DNA of 20,000 bases from an uncultured virus (IMG/VR IMGVR_UViG_2724679451_000017) (Duplodnaviria > Heunggongvirae > Uroviricota > Caudoviricetes). A program made the position numbers and the translations under genes. This document shows positions 7,111-15,239 of the stretch, in pieces. Where the stretch lies: the IMG/VR virus record IMGVR_UViG_2724679451_000017. One strand, given 5' to 3'. Positions within the stretch are counted from its first letter, which is position 1. Each line of letters begins with the position of its first letter. The notes beneath the pieces are model-generated. The model was not told the DNA's origin, made no database searches, and worked only from the letters and a program-made list of their open reading frames with translations.

Positions 7111-8150
7111 ATCAATTCACCCTTCACAGCTGTGTGAGCAACCGGTTCATATTTCTTTGGCGCGCCCCATTGATCATTTACATTGCGTGGTAACGATTGA
7201 TGGTTTGACTGTTGACCGGTAGTCATTTCGGGTTTTTCGTTTAGGTACCAAGATGCTTTGAAGGCACCCCAAGGATTTTGTCTTTTCAAGCAATATTCGA
7301 CGGCTTGCTGAAGTGTAATTCCTGCTTTTTGGGCTTCATTCAAAAGTGCGTCAAAAGCGTTTTCGGTGTTTTGAGCTTTCTTGGCTTTACGAACTTGTAA
7401 GAACTCAGCAGCGTCTTTCTCAGGTACACCATTTTTTTTCAAAGCACTCTTGAAACTAAATTTTGCTTGAGTCGATGAATCAACTTCGCCAACGGCGGAG
7501 TTGTTATTCCCTTCTGGATTCAGTGAATCAGGATTCAGATTAAGGGAATCAGGATTCAGATTAAAGGAATCAGGAATCAGGGCGTTTTGGTCTGAGATAG
7601 AAACAGTTTTAGAACCGTTATCCAACTGTTCTTGAGTGTTCACACTACTGTTTGCTTGATTCGATTCGTTATCTTGATAACTGTTTTCAATATCAGAACC
7701 AGTATTTTGAGGGGCAAACGGACCTGTTTTATCGTAAAAATGCTTTAAATCAGCTTTATTTAACTGAATTGCCTTTCCAATAATTGTTTTGTTTTTTGGA
7801 TTACGCTGATAGACAGTGTAGATGCCATTTCTGTCAGGTAGCTCACTATCTTTCTCAAGACCATGTGGGTTTTGATGTTTAACAAAGTTAACGATATGGA
7901 TAACATCAATACCATCAGCGTTATATAACTCGATAAAACCGAACTTAGAAATGTTCTCTAACTGTTCTGCAACGTTTATATCGTCTGCAGGAAATAAAGA
8001 CATTTTGATTTTCTTAGGTCGATTTTCGAGTCGGCCTTCGCGATCTGCTAAAGTCCAAAGCCCTATAAAAAGCAATCGTGCTTCATATGGTAATTCAATA
8101 ATGTCTTCATTCATAAAGAATGAGGGCTTAATATTTCTAGATCTTGCCAT
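7107..8150 (-). CDS. Phage replication initiator (replisome organiser)
   Basis: MARSRNIKPSFF...ARLLFIGLWTLADREGR N-terminus typical of phage initiators; internal iteron repeats; paired with a DnaC-like loader. Confidence 0.85.
   Translation of the reverse strand: MARSRNIKPSFFMNEDIIELPYEARLLFIGLWTLADREGRLENRPKKIKMSLFPADDINVAEQLENISKFGFIELYNADGIDVIHIVNFVKHQNPHGLEKDSELPDRNGIYTVYQRNPKNKTIIGKAIQLNKADLKHFYDKTGPFAPQNTGSDIENSYQDNESNQANSSVNTQEQLDNGSKTVSISDQNALIPDSFNLNPDSLNLNPDSLNPEGNNNSAVGEVDSSTQAKFSFKSALKKNGVPEKDAAEFLQVRKAKKAQNTENAFDALLNEAQKAGITLQQAVEYCLKRQNPWGAFKASWYLNEKPEMTTGQQSNHQSLPRNVNDQWGAPKKYEPVAHTAVKGELI
7516..7581. repeat. Iteron-like direct repeats (probable phage origin) inside the initiator gene
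   Basis: 21-bp tandem GAATCAGGATTCAGATTAAGG (7525-7545) / GAATCAGGATTCAGATTAAAG (7546-7566) plus extra GGA(A/T)TCAG units; encodes the (L)NPDS repeats. Confidence 0.75.
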
Positions 8151-8153
8151 TTC

Positions 8154-9632
8154 TTAAGCTGCCTCATAAAGGTGTTCATGTGCAAAATTTGCACGTACTA
8201 AAGCTTCAGAGAATTGAGGAGGCACAGAGTTACCTACCATTCTTCCCTGTTCTGTCTTAGTTAATTTGATAGTGTTTCCATGTTCATCGATCCCATGATC
8301 AATGATGTAAGTAGGTTCAAAACCTTGTGCAGTGAATAGTTCTCTTGGCTGAAGCATACGGAAGCCAATATCAACAATTTGGTGCAGCTCACCTTTAACC
8401 ATTACAAGGCCAAAGCGATCACGTGTTGGTATCGTACGAAGTGGCTCATGAATGCTGTTTCCGTCTTTCTCACTACCGTAGAAGGCAGTTAAAAATGCTT
8501 GTACTAATGCAAAATGACCCGCACTTGTAGTAATGGTGTGTAATGGTTCATCTACTGGTTGACCAATGTTGTTATTACGCAGTTTCACCAGGTTGCTGAC
8601 GACTAAACTGTTATGATCTTTTGCAGTAATAGTATGAAGTGGTTCGCGAATATCACTACCAACTACACCCGTATAATGCTTAGCAATGAACGCAGTAACT
8701 AACGCATGATGCCCACCTTTCACCCCTGCGCAAATTGTGCGTAAAGGTTCATCAATAGGCATACATCTTGGGCTAGAAGCATTTGCACACTCAGTAAGTA
8801 CTGGGGCAACGCTTTTAACCTTATCCATTGGAACAATAAATGGTTCTGGATTATTGATTACATAACGGACTAAACCATTTGCTATACGGCGACAAGTTGC
8901 CTCAACTAGAGGTTTCTTACGAGTAAAAATACTTGGGCAAGGAATTGACCAATCTATGCATTCTGCAGTGATGCGCCATGGTTTTAATTTCCCAGTTTTA
9001 ACTGCTTTGCTATCTGGTGCAGCATGCGTAGGCTTGGGCCAAACAATAGGAAAGTTGTCACGACGAGCAACTAGAAAAAACCGTCTTCTTAGAGTTGGAG
9101 AGCCGTAATCCCGAGCACTCATTACTCGCCATTCAACTTTATAACCTTGATGACGTAATGCATTAACAAAGCACCTGAAGGTTTCACCTTTGTGCTTTTT
9201 ACTCGGGAATCCATCTTTTCCTAGTCTGCCCCAAGTTTTGAACTCTTCAACGTTCTCGAGCATAATTATACGTGGTCGTGTAAGGTCAGCCCATCTAAGA
9301 GCAATCCAAGCTAAACCACGTATTTTCTTTTCAACCGGTTTTCCACCTTTTGCTTTAGAAAAGTGTTTGCAATCAGGACTAAGCCAAACCAATCCTACAG
9401 GCTGATTGTTTGTTACTTTTACTGGGTCAACATCCCAAACATCCTCACAGAAATGACGAGTATTTGGATGATTAGCACGATGCATTGCAATTGCTTTAGG
9501 ATCGTGGTTAATAGCAATATCAACTGGACGGCCAAAGGCTTTTTCTAAGCCAGTTGATGTTCCACCACCACCTGCAAAATTATCAACAATCAATTCATGA
9601 GGTAATAAGTTAAGGTTGAGGCACATATTCAT
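8154..9632 (-). CDS. Orphan DNA (cytosine-5) methyltransferase
   Basis: Motif I FAGGGG, IV SPDCKHFS, VI ENV, VIII PTLRRRFF, X GNSVPP; no endonuclease nearby. Confidence 0.95.
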   Translation of the reverse strand: MNMCLNLNLLPHELIVDNFAGGGGTSTGLEKAFGRPVDIAINHDPKAIAMHRANHPNTRHFCEDVWDVDPVKVTNNQPVGLVWLSPDCKHFSKAKGGKPVEKKIRGLAWIALRWADLTRPRIIMLENVEEFKTWGRLGKDGFPSKKHKGETFRCFVNALRHQGYKVEWRVMSARDYGSPTLRRRFFLVARRDNFPIVWPKPTHAAPDSKAVKTGKLKPWRITAECIDWSIPCPSIFTRKKPLVEATCRRIANGLVRYVINNPEPFIVPMDKVKSVAPVLTECANASSPRCMPIDEPLRTICAGVKGGHHALVTAFIAKHYTGVVGSDIREPLHTITAKDHNSLVVSNLVKLRNNNIGQPVDEPLHTITTSAGHFALVQAFLTAFYGSEKDGNSIHEPLRTIPTRDRFGLVMVKGELHQIVDIGFRMLQPRELFTAQGFEPTYIIDHGIDEHGNTIKLTKTEQGRMVGNSVPPQFSEALVRANFAHEHLYEAA

Positions 9633-10015
9633 AATGCACCACCATTAACTTTTTTAAGCGTTAGTAAAACAGTGAATAATTGACCTGCAGAATATTTAAA
9701 TGTCTTAACTTCAGTGCACTCAACTAAAAAGCGATGTTCACCAAAATTAACCCTACTTCCTGGTCTATCAAGTGTATAACGGCTCCAACCTTCAGGAATC
9801 GGATCACAGGAAAAATGGCCGTAGAATTTTTCAGGTCCACATTTAATGCTACAAAGGGGTTCAGCTACCCAAAAAACTTGATTGAGAAATTTTTTTCTCG
9901 CACGAAATTGATTGTTTTCCCCTTCCTTAATTCGCATATTTACCGCTATTTCGCATGATTCCCTATCGCGGATATTTTTAGCTTGGTTGCGGTCAACGAT
10001 GAGTTTATTTTTCAT
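9629..10015 (-). CDS. Hypothetical protein, probable divergent ASCH/PUA-like paralogue (128 aa)
   Basis: Likely start is the ATG at 10015 (MKNKLIV). VFWVAEP and RPGSRVNFGEHRFLVECTEVK resemble LFVQET and KPSSRMPRKASRILLEIVDIR of the 10992-11630 protein. Confidence 0.6.
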   Translation of the reverse strand: MKNKLIVDRNQAKNIRDRESCEIAVNMRIKEGENNQFRARKKFLNQVFWVAEPLCSIKCGPEKFYGHFSCDPIPEGWSRYTLDRPGSRVNFGEHRFLVECTEVKTFKYSAGQLFTVLLTLKKVNGGAL

Positions 10016-10020
10016 ATCAT

Positions 10021-10995
10021 TTACTCGCACAAGCCATAAACAGAAGAACATGCTGATTGATCTTCTGTCAGTGGAATTAAATCGTAGTGTTTACCTCCTC
10101 TTGTTGTTTTGGACCATTCAACTAATTCATTGATGCCATGTCCTCGTTTATCGGAGTGAAAGAAAGTTGAAGAACCTAAACGGGATGCAGCGCTAACCAT
10201 ACGTTCCCATTGTTTAATTCGCTCAATTTCTACAGGGAAACGATCAGCGATTTTGCGCAACTCTGCTTTATTACAATGAATACAAGGCATACATCCAACT
10301 CGCCCCATACCTTGCTTGTACAAAGGGTTTGGTTCAACACCATGCTTAAAATGCATGTCAAAACAATCAGAAGCAGTCCATTTATGAATAGGTCGATAGT
10401 TTGTAACCCCATCCCCAATATTGTCGCTTATTGGTAACTTAGCTCGATCTGGTGATTCATCAGCACGTACACCTTGCCAAGAGATAATTTTGTATCCCTG
10501 ATCAATAAGAGGAAACTGAAGCTTAAAAAGGATAACTTCACGTTTTAGTTCAGTAGAGCAAAATCGAGCTTTTGTTGAGGGAAATCTACCTTTCCAGATA
10601 CATAAATCTAAGAATGGATTTCCAGTAACATTTGTATGTTTCAATGCACGAATGGCACTTTTCCGTGACCAATTTCCTTTTACTATTTCTCCACGAATTA
10701 CTTTAAATAACCGCTTCCGTTTATTTTCAATTTGTTTAGAAAAGTCTGCTTTTAACCAAATAATTGGTACACCGACTTTATGTTCTAAATAACGTATATA
10801 TTGATATGTAATTTCGTGTTCATTACCGGTATCGGCAAAAACAGCTAAAAGATTAGAGACATTTTGTTCAAGTGCTAAAAGCAATGTTGCAGCACTATCT
10901 TTTCCGCCAGAAATTGAAACAATGTTTATTACTGGAAAAAAAGGTATCTCAAAACTTACTCTTTTGAAGTGAAGGGGCTTGATAAAATTAATCAT
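10021..10995 (-). CDS. PAPS-reductase-family (PP-loop, CysH/DndC-like) protein
   Basis: SISGGKDS PP-loop, FADTG, RFCSTELK, GVRADES, RVGCMPC and C-terminal CSSVYGLCE. Confidence 0.9.
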   Translation of the reverse strand: MINFIKPLHFKRVSFEIPFFPVINIVSISGGKDSAATLLLALEQNVSNLLAVFADTGNEHEITYQYIRYLEHKVGVPIIWLKADFSKQIENKRKRLFKVIRGEIVKGNWSRKSAIRALKHTNVTGNPFLDLCIWKGRFPSTKARFCSTELKREVILFKLQFPLIDQGYKIISWQGVRADESPDRAKLPISDNIGDGVTNYRPIHKWTASDCFDMHFKHGVEPNPLYKQGMGRVGCMPCIHCNKAELRKIADRFPVEIERIKQWERMVSAASRLGSSTFFHSDKRGHGINELVEWSKTTRGGKHYDLIPLTEDQSACSSVYGLCE

Positions 10996-11630
10996 TGATC
11001 ACCCCCTTGAATAACCTTAAATTCGATTACCCATACCCATGGGTTTTCATTCCAAGATTCTTTACCTTTTATTGCTTCCCAATGTTTTTGAAAGTTAAGA
11101 ACTGGGTTATGAGAATTATTGCTTTGCTTAGTTGAATCAGTTTTTGGTTTATCAAAACCTTCAGCCTTAGCATCTACATCACTAATTTCAAGTAAACGCT
11201 CAACACGGATATCAACTATTTCAAGCAAAATACGTGATGCTTTACGAGGCATACGAGAAGATGGCTTCCATCTAACTGGATACCCCTTTCCCTTACAGTC
11301 TAAATAAGCAATTTCATTTGGGTTATCGGCTTTGTAGACAAATGACTCATGAGGAGTTCCACCTAAACTTCTAATTTTGGTGCCATAAGTTTCTTGTACA
11401 AAAAGTTGATCACCTACCTTTCCGAAGGGACATACTTGATTGCTATCTACAAAATTTTTAATCGTACCTTTATATGTAGAATTAATACCGTAAGAGTGAC
11501 CTTTCCAATTAAAACCAGAAGATTGACTAAGTGTAGGTTGTGGCTTAATAACTCGACGAGTTTGAATTTTGTTGCCACTTAAAATGGCCCTAACCATTTC
11601 TGTATTAAATAAAATTGGTCGTACAGTCAT
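10992..11630 (-). CDS. ASCH/PUA-like phage protein
   Basis: PILFNTEMVRAILSGNKIQTRR (GxKxxxxR ASCH signature), CPFGKVGDQLFVQE, AKAEGF, NPWVWVIEF. Confidence 0.75.
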   Translation of the reverse strand: MTVRPILFNTEMVRAILSGNKIQTRRVIKPQPTLSQSSGFNWKGHSYGINSTYKGTIKNFVDSNQVCPFGKVGDQLFVQETYGTKIRSLGGTPHESFVYKADNPNEIAYLDCKGKGYPVRWKPSSRMPRKASRILLEIVDIRVERLLEISDVDAKAEGFDKPKTDSTKQSNNSHNPVLNFQKHWEAIKGKESWNENPWVWVIEFKVIQGGDQ

Positions 11631-12082
11631 GCTGCACCTTCCTGAGCTGGTTTATACAAGCTCACTTGTTCAGCATAATTCCAAGCACGTTCACAGATAT
11701 TGTTAAAAGACGAGCGGCGTTCATCTAACCATTGTCTACGCCATTTGTTTTGTTCAACTGGATCTTTAATTAAGTTGTAGGCTTTGAAAAAAGCTGTCCG
11801 GTCAAGGTAGGAACCTAATAAAACGCTATTAAAGCTATCTACTAAATCTTGTTTCTCTGCATCTCTAACTTGTATAAGTGTTTCTTCAAAATTTGTTCCA
11901 AATTTAGAGACAAACCACTCTTCATGTCCTCCGAAAAGAAAAAATGGAACATCTATATCATGCTGTATTCCCTTCGCAGAATATTGTCCATTTCCAAGTA
12001 CACAAGTAACTAATGCAGCAATTTTTAAATTTGGTGCTTCAAATGTACATTTATCACTAAGGTTTATTAATTCAAAAATCAT
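11627..12082 (-). CDS. Phage hypothetical protein (151 aa)
   Basis: ATGA-coupled ORF within the operon. Confidence 0.8.
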   Translation of the reverse strand: MIFELINLSDKCTFEAPNLKIAALVTCVLGNGQYSAKGIQHDIDVPFFLFGGHEEWFVSKFGTNFEETLIQVRDAEKQDLVDSFNSVLLGSYLDRTAFFKAYNLIKDPVEQNKWRRQWLDERRSSFNNICERAWNYAEQVSLYKPAQEGAA

Positions 12083-12264
12083 TGTTCAGTCCCAACCTCA
12101 AATCGTAAATCTAAGAAAGCTTGGTTCACTGGACCTACGTAACGTGACCAGCCAAAGTTTTCTTGCCAAAACCACCAATTGTTCTGCTCGTCACGCTTCC
12201 ACGGCGTTCCCTCAGAATCAGTGTGATTGGTGCCTAACGGCCAAACCTTTTGTTCTGAAGTCAT
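12079..12264 (-). CDS. Small Trp-rich phage protein (61 aa)
   Basis: GGAG RBS; ATGA overlaps at both ends. Confidence 0.75.
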   Translation of the reverse strand: MTSEQKVWPLGTNHTDSEGTPWKRDEQNNWWFWQENFGWSRYVGPVNQAFLDLRFEVGTEQ

Positions 12265-12461
12265 GAAATCTCCTTTTGTGCATTGAATGCACGATTTAGA
12301 AATTTCTCTTCATCGGTTTGAGTGTTTACGATTTGATGCGGGGCATCTTGATTAATAAGACAAGTTGAGCACTGTTCTTCTTTAAAATCAGTGCATTTGC
12401 CTGAGCAGGGATGATTTGCTAAATTACTCACGTTCATTCTTCCAAGGGTTTGAACAGCCAT
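12261..12461 (-). CDS. Small Cys-containing phage protein (66 aa)
   Basis: HPCSGKC...CSTC; coupled to the next gene. Start codon uncertain. Confidence 0.7.
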   Translation of the reverse strand: MAVQTLGRMNVSNLANHPCSGKCTDFKEEQCSTCLINQDAPHQIVNTQTDEEKFLNRAFNAQKEIS

Positions 12462-12494
12462 AGACCATTTCCTGTTGGCGCAGGGAGTGGTTTT

Positions 12495-12869
12495 TTATTT
12501 CCAGCTAAGTAGATCAAGCTGGACTGATTTATCACTAGCATTTGTATGCCGCGATTTTTCGGCCCGTAAAGGCACTAATTCGAAGGTATCTCTGGTATAC
12601 CCGTTATCTTTTGACCCACAAAAAACATTTCTGAGAAACTGGTATTCGGATTCAGCTTCTGAGACTTTTCTAGTGCAAATGTTTTTAATTACCTCGAGAG
12701 AGCTTTTACCTGCCATCTCACCTTCTACTTCTGAAATCTTTTTCTTACACATAGAACGGATGAGATTAGATAAGGAATTCTTGCCTTCTAGTTTGGCAAT
12801 CCATTCCATCTTTGCTTTTTCTTCTAAAGTTAATTTTGATGAAGCATTTGCTAAAAGTTTTTCAGCCAT
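12495..12869 (-). CDS. Ribbon-helix-helix-like regulator in the cII position
   Basis: ASSKLT-LEEKAKMEWIAKLEG-KNSLSNLIRSMC fits a strand-helix-G-x-S-helix RHH pattern; GAGGT RBS; directly after cro. Confidence 0.6.
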   Translation of the reverse strand: MAEKLLANASSKLTLEEKAKMEWIAKLEGKNSLSNLIRSMCKKKISEVEGEMAGKSSLEVIKNICTRKVSEAESEYQFLRNVFCGSKDNGYTRDTFELVPLRAEKSRHTNASDKSVQLDLLSWK

Positions 12870-12904
12870 ACATACCTCATTACTTATTTCAAAAGTAAAA
12901 CCAC

Positions 12905-13108
12905 TTAAGCTGTTTGAGATTGCATTTTTTCTTTTTCACGGTTTACGAACGCATCTAAAGCGATGCCTTTCTGATACCCCACACTTTTTTGAGTGTTCTT
13001 TAAAATTCTTGAAACAGAACTTTGCTCAATCCCCGTTTCATCACTTACTTCTTGTTGGGTGTAACCGCGAGTGACTGTCAAAAACAATATTTTTTCTTTA
13101 AGCGTCAT
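12905..13108 (-). CDS. cro: Cro-like HTH repressor
   Basis: 67 aa, GYTQQEVSDETGIEQSSVSRIL HTH, divergent from cI. Confidence 0.88.
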   Translation of the reverse strand: MTLKEKILFLTVTRGYTQQEVSDETGIEQSSVSRILKNTQKSVGYQKGIALDAFVNREKEKMQSQTA

Positions 13109-13140
13109 GTTCAGCTCTTAATGCAGACCTAGTAATGCAA

Positions 13141-13211
13141 ATTATTATGCATATTTGCATTACAGTCAATGCAATTGTGAGTTATTTTCCCCAAATTATG
13201 CGAATACGCAT
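13141..13211. promoter_or_regulatory. OR-like operators and PR-like promoter
   Basis: ATGC-N6-GCAT at 13147-13160 and 13198-13211; minus-strand TTGACT (13169-13164)-N17-AATAAT (13146-13141) brackets the first operator. Confidence 0.8.
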
Positions 13212-13234
13212 AAAATAGGTTCGCAGAGTTAACG

Positions 13235-14008
13235 GTGAAATCTATGAATTACCTGAAATCGAATCTTGATTATTTGCTCACAAAGAATGAAACAAACCCC
13301 ACTGATCTTGAGCAAAAGCACCCAGAGATTAAACAATCGACTGTATTCCGCATTTTGAACGGAATTACTAAAGATCCTAGACGCTCTACATTAGAACCTA
13401 TTGCTAAATGGGCAGGCGTAACTGTTAATGACTTATTTGATAAAGATTTATCTGTCTTAGAAAGAAATCAAAACGAACATAATCCAGGTCCTGAGAATAA
13501 TTTAATTTATGATACTGAGATCCATTTATACGAAGATGGTGACCCTGTTCCTGATGGTTATGTAGCTATTGATTTCTATAGTGAAATTAAGGTTAGTGCA
13601 GGAAGTGGTTACTTGAACATTGAACATCAAAGCCCTCATAAGTTCTTATTTCCAATTAATGAAATAAGAAGATATGACGTTAAACCTGATTGTGCGAAGG
13701 TACTAGTTGTAGATGGTGAAAGCATGATCCCGGATTTATATCCAGGGCAACGAATCTCAATTGATACATCTGCTAAAAGAATCTTTGATGGTGAAATTTA
13801 TGCCTTTTTGAAAGGTGATGAATTAAAAATCAAGATGTTATTTGAATGGAATGAACAAGGTAAAGGTGGCTTCAAGGCAGTATCTCGTAATACAGACAAA
13901 GTTAAATATCCTGATGAATATTATTCACCAGCTCGCATTGAAGCAGAAAATGTACAAATCATTGGTCAATACTGGTGGAAATCTGAAGGTCGCAAGGTGA
14001 GACGTTAA
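13235..14008 (+). CDS. cI: CI-like repressor (HTH + S24 autopeptidase)
   Basis: N-terminal HTH (IKQSTVFRILNG), Ala-Gly cleavage site (VSAGSG), catalytic Ser (GESM) and Lys region (LKIKML). Start is either GTG 13235 or ATG 13244. Confidence 0.95.
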   Translation: MKSMNYLKSNLDYLLTKNETNPTDLEQKHPEIKQSTVFRILNGITKDPRRSTLEPIAKWAGVTVNDLFDKDLSVLERNQNEHNPGPENNLIYDTEIHLYEDGDPVPDGYVAIDFYSEIKVSAGSGYLNIEHQSPHKFLFPINEIRRYDVKPDCAKVLVVDGESMIPDLYPGQRISIDTSAKRIFDGEIYAFLKGDELKIKMLFEWNEQGKGGFKAVSRNTDKVKYPDEYYSPARIEAENVQIIGQYWWKSEGRKVRR

Positions 14009-14011
14009 GTT

Positions 14012-14296
14012 ATGAAAAACAATAAAGAAAATACGGCAGACTTAATTGGTAGACAAGCTTTTCTAAAAACATTTGTCGAAGAGGTAGTAAGATCATCACC
14101 AGATATGGCTGCATCTATTCTAATGAATATAAAAGAACTCACTAATGAGCATCATCCCCTTGTAACTCAAGCATTTACAATGGATCATTTTGAAAATCAT
14201 GATATGGCTGGCAACGTTATAAAGAATGCTCTACATGGTTTCGACATGGAATTAGCAAGAATGCTTAAGCTAACAGTTGAAAATTTAAAGATTTAG
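14012..14296 (+). CDS. Hypothetical protein co-transcribed with cI (94 aa)
   Basis: Starts 3 nt after the cI stop and precedes the terminator. Confidence 0.8.
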   Translation: MKNNKENTADLIGRQAFLKTFVEEVVRSSPDMAASILMNIKELTNEHHPLVTQAFTMDHFENHDMAGNVIKNALHGFDMELARMLKLTVENLKI

Positions 14297-14348
14297 TCTA
14301 TTAAATTAGTAAATTAACTTTTTAAATTAATAGCTTAGCATCCAATTC

Positions 14349-14376
14349 AAAAAACCGCTCTAGAAGCGGTTTTTTT
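14349..14376 (+). terminator. Bidirectional intrinsic terminator of the cI operon
   Basis: AAAAAACCGCT-CTAGA-AGCGGTTTTTTT. Confidence 0.9.
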
Positions 14377-14404
14377 ATATCCAAAATTTAATAAGTAAAA
14401 AATA

Positions 14405-14456
14405 ATGCACATTTGCATAATGCAGTATTGCATTACGTTATGCACTTATGCATAAT
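14405..14456 (+). promoter_or_regulatory. OL-like triple operator and PL-like promoter
   Basis: ATGC-N6-GCAT at 14405-14418, 14420-14433 and 14440-14453; TTGCAT (14428-14433)-N17-CATAAT (14451-14456). Confidence 0.85.
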
Positions 14457-14490
14457 AATTTCACCAACACATCTAATGGTGAATTAAAAG

Positions 14491-14829
14491 ATGACTAATT
14501 TACGTCCTACTGATTGCGAAGAATTCATAAATGACATAGATGGCGGCGCTTTTGCAGAACAACTTAGTTATGCAGTTAGTAAAGTTGCCAGTGCAGCAAT
14601 GGAAACTCAAAAAGTAGGAGTAATTACAGTTCAACTTAAGTTCTCGAAATCTAAAGGTGCTGGTCACAACAACATTACTGTAGAACATAAATTAATTTCG
14701 AATGCTCCACTTCCTAAAGGGAAATGTGTAGAAGAGCATAGAGATAAAACACCTATGTATGTAAATACAGGTGGTGATGTATCTCTTTTTGCGAAACATA
14801 CAGAACAACTTTTTGAAGTAAAAGCATAG
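14491..14829 (+). CDS. YfdP-like phage protein
   Basis: TDCEEFINDIDGGAFAEQLS...EEHRDKTPMYVNTGG resembles, from memory, E. coli CPS-53 prophage YfdP (FIGELDGGVF...TPMYVNRGG). Confidence 0.7.
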   Translation: MTNLRPTDCEEFINDIDGGAFAEQLSYAVSKVASAAMETQKVGVITVQLKFSKSKGAGHNNITVEHKLISNAPLPKGKCVEEHRDKTPMYVNTGGDVSLFAKHTEQLFEVKA

Positions 14830-14834
14830 AAATG

Positions 14835-14875
14835 AAAAAAGCCCAGAAAACTTTGGTCGGCTATCGGGGCTTTTT
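14835..14875 (+). terminator. tL1-like stem-loop
   Basis: AAAAAAGCCC...GGGCTTTTT flanking a longer loop, directly after the first gene of the operon. Confidence 0.55.
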
Positions 14876-14909
14876 CCTACCAATACTGAAAGTATTAAGG
14901 CAAATTATT

Positions 14910-15239
14910 ATGAATCAGAAATATATAGGCAGTCAATCTGCCCCATCTACCCCTATTTGTTTTGTACCAGAACTTAGCGGGAATAAAACAAATAAACCAG
15001 CTACTTCTAGACTTTATCAGCATCCATCTGCAGAGGATCTAAAGTTTAAAAAAGATAGTAAGTGGCCGTATGTTTTATGCTTTCTTATATTTAGTGCACT
15101 TGCTATTGCTTTCCTTTATGCATGTGATGCAGAGGCTCAAGTGCGTGAGCAGAAGACTCAACATTGGCAACAACAATTTAACTCAGGTGAACCTGTTGAT
15201 GTTCAAGTACATGTAGTTAAATTAGGTGGTGCACAATGA
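14910..15239 (+). CDS. Single-TM phage protein (109 aa)
   Basis: Likely start is the ATG at 14910 (AAGG upstream; the longer start overlaps the terminator). TM segment WPYVLCFLIFSALAIAFLYAC. Confidence 0.75.
   Translation: MNQKYIGSQSAPSTPICFVPELSGNKTNKPATSRLYQHPSAEDLKFKKDSKWPYVLCFLIFSALAIAFLYACDAEAQVREQKTQHWQQQFNSGEPVDVQVHVVKLGGAQ

Noticed and set aside
7516..7581. CRISPR array or DGR repeat
   Set aside because: The repeats are tandem with no unique spacers and lie inside a CDS; no cas or reverse transcriptase gene is in the window.
8154..9632. Restriction-modification system
   Set aside because: No cognate endonuclease; its position in the phage early operon indicates an orphan methyltransferase.
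10021..10995. Complete Dnd/Ssp phosphorothioation system or a sulfate-assimilation cysH
   Set aside because: No DndA/D/E, Ssp or other cys genes are present, so only a family-level call is justified.
3257..11582. Short plus-strand ORFs (3257, 3701, 7951, 9190, 9363, 9734, 9912, 10210, 11119, 11394) and the nested minus ORF 10230-10418
   Set aside because: All overlap well-supported minus-strand genes and show no motifs.
12475..13074. 199-aa plus-strand ORF
   Set aside because: Lies antisense to cro and the RHH-like gene, has a TTG start and an atypical Phe/Ser-rich composition.
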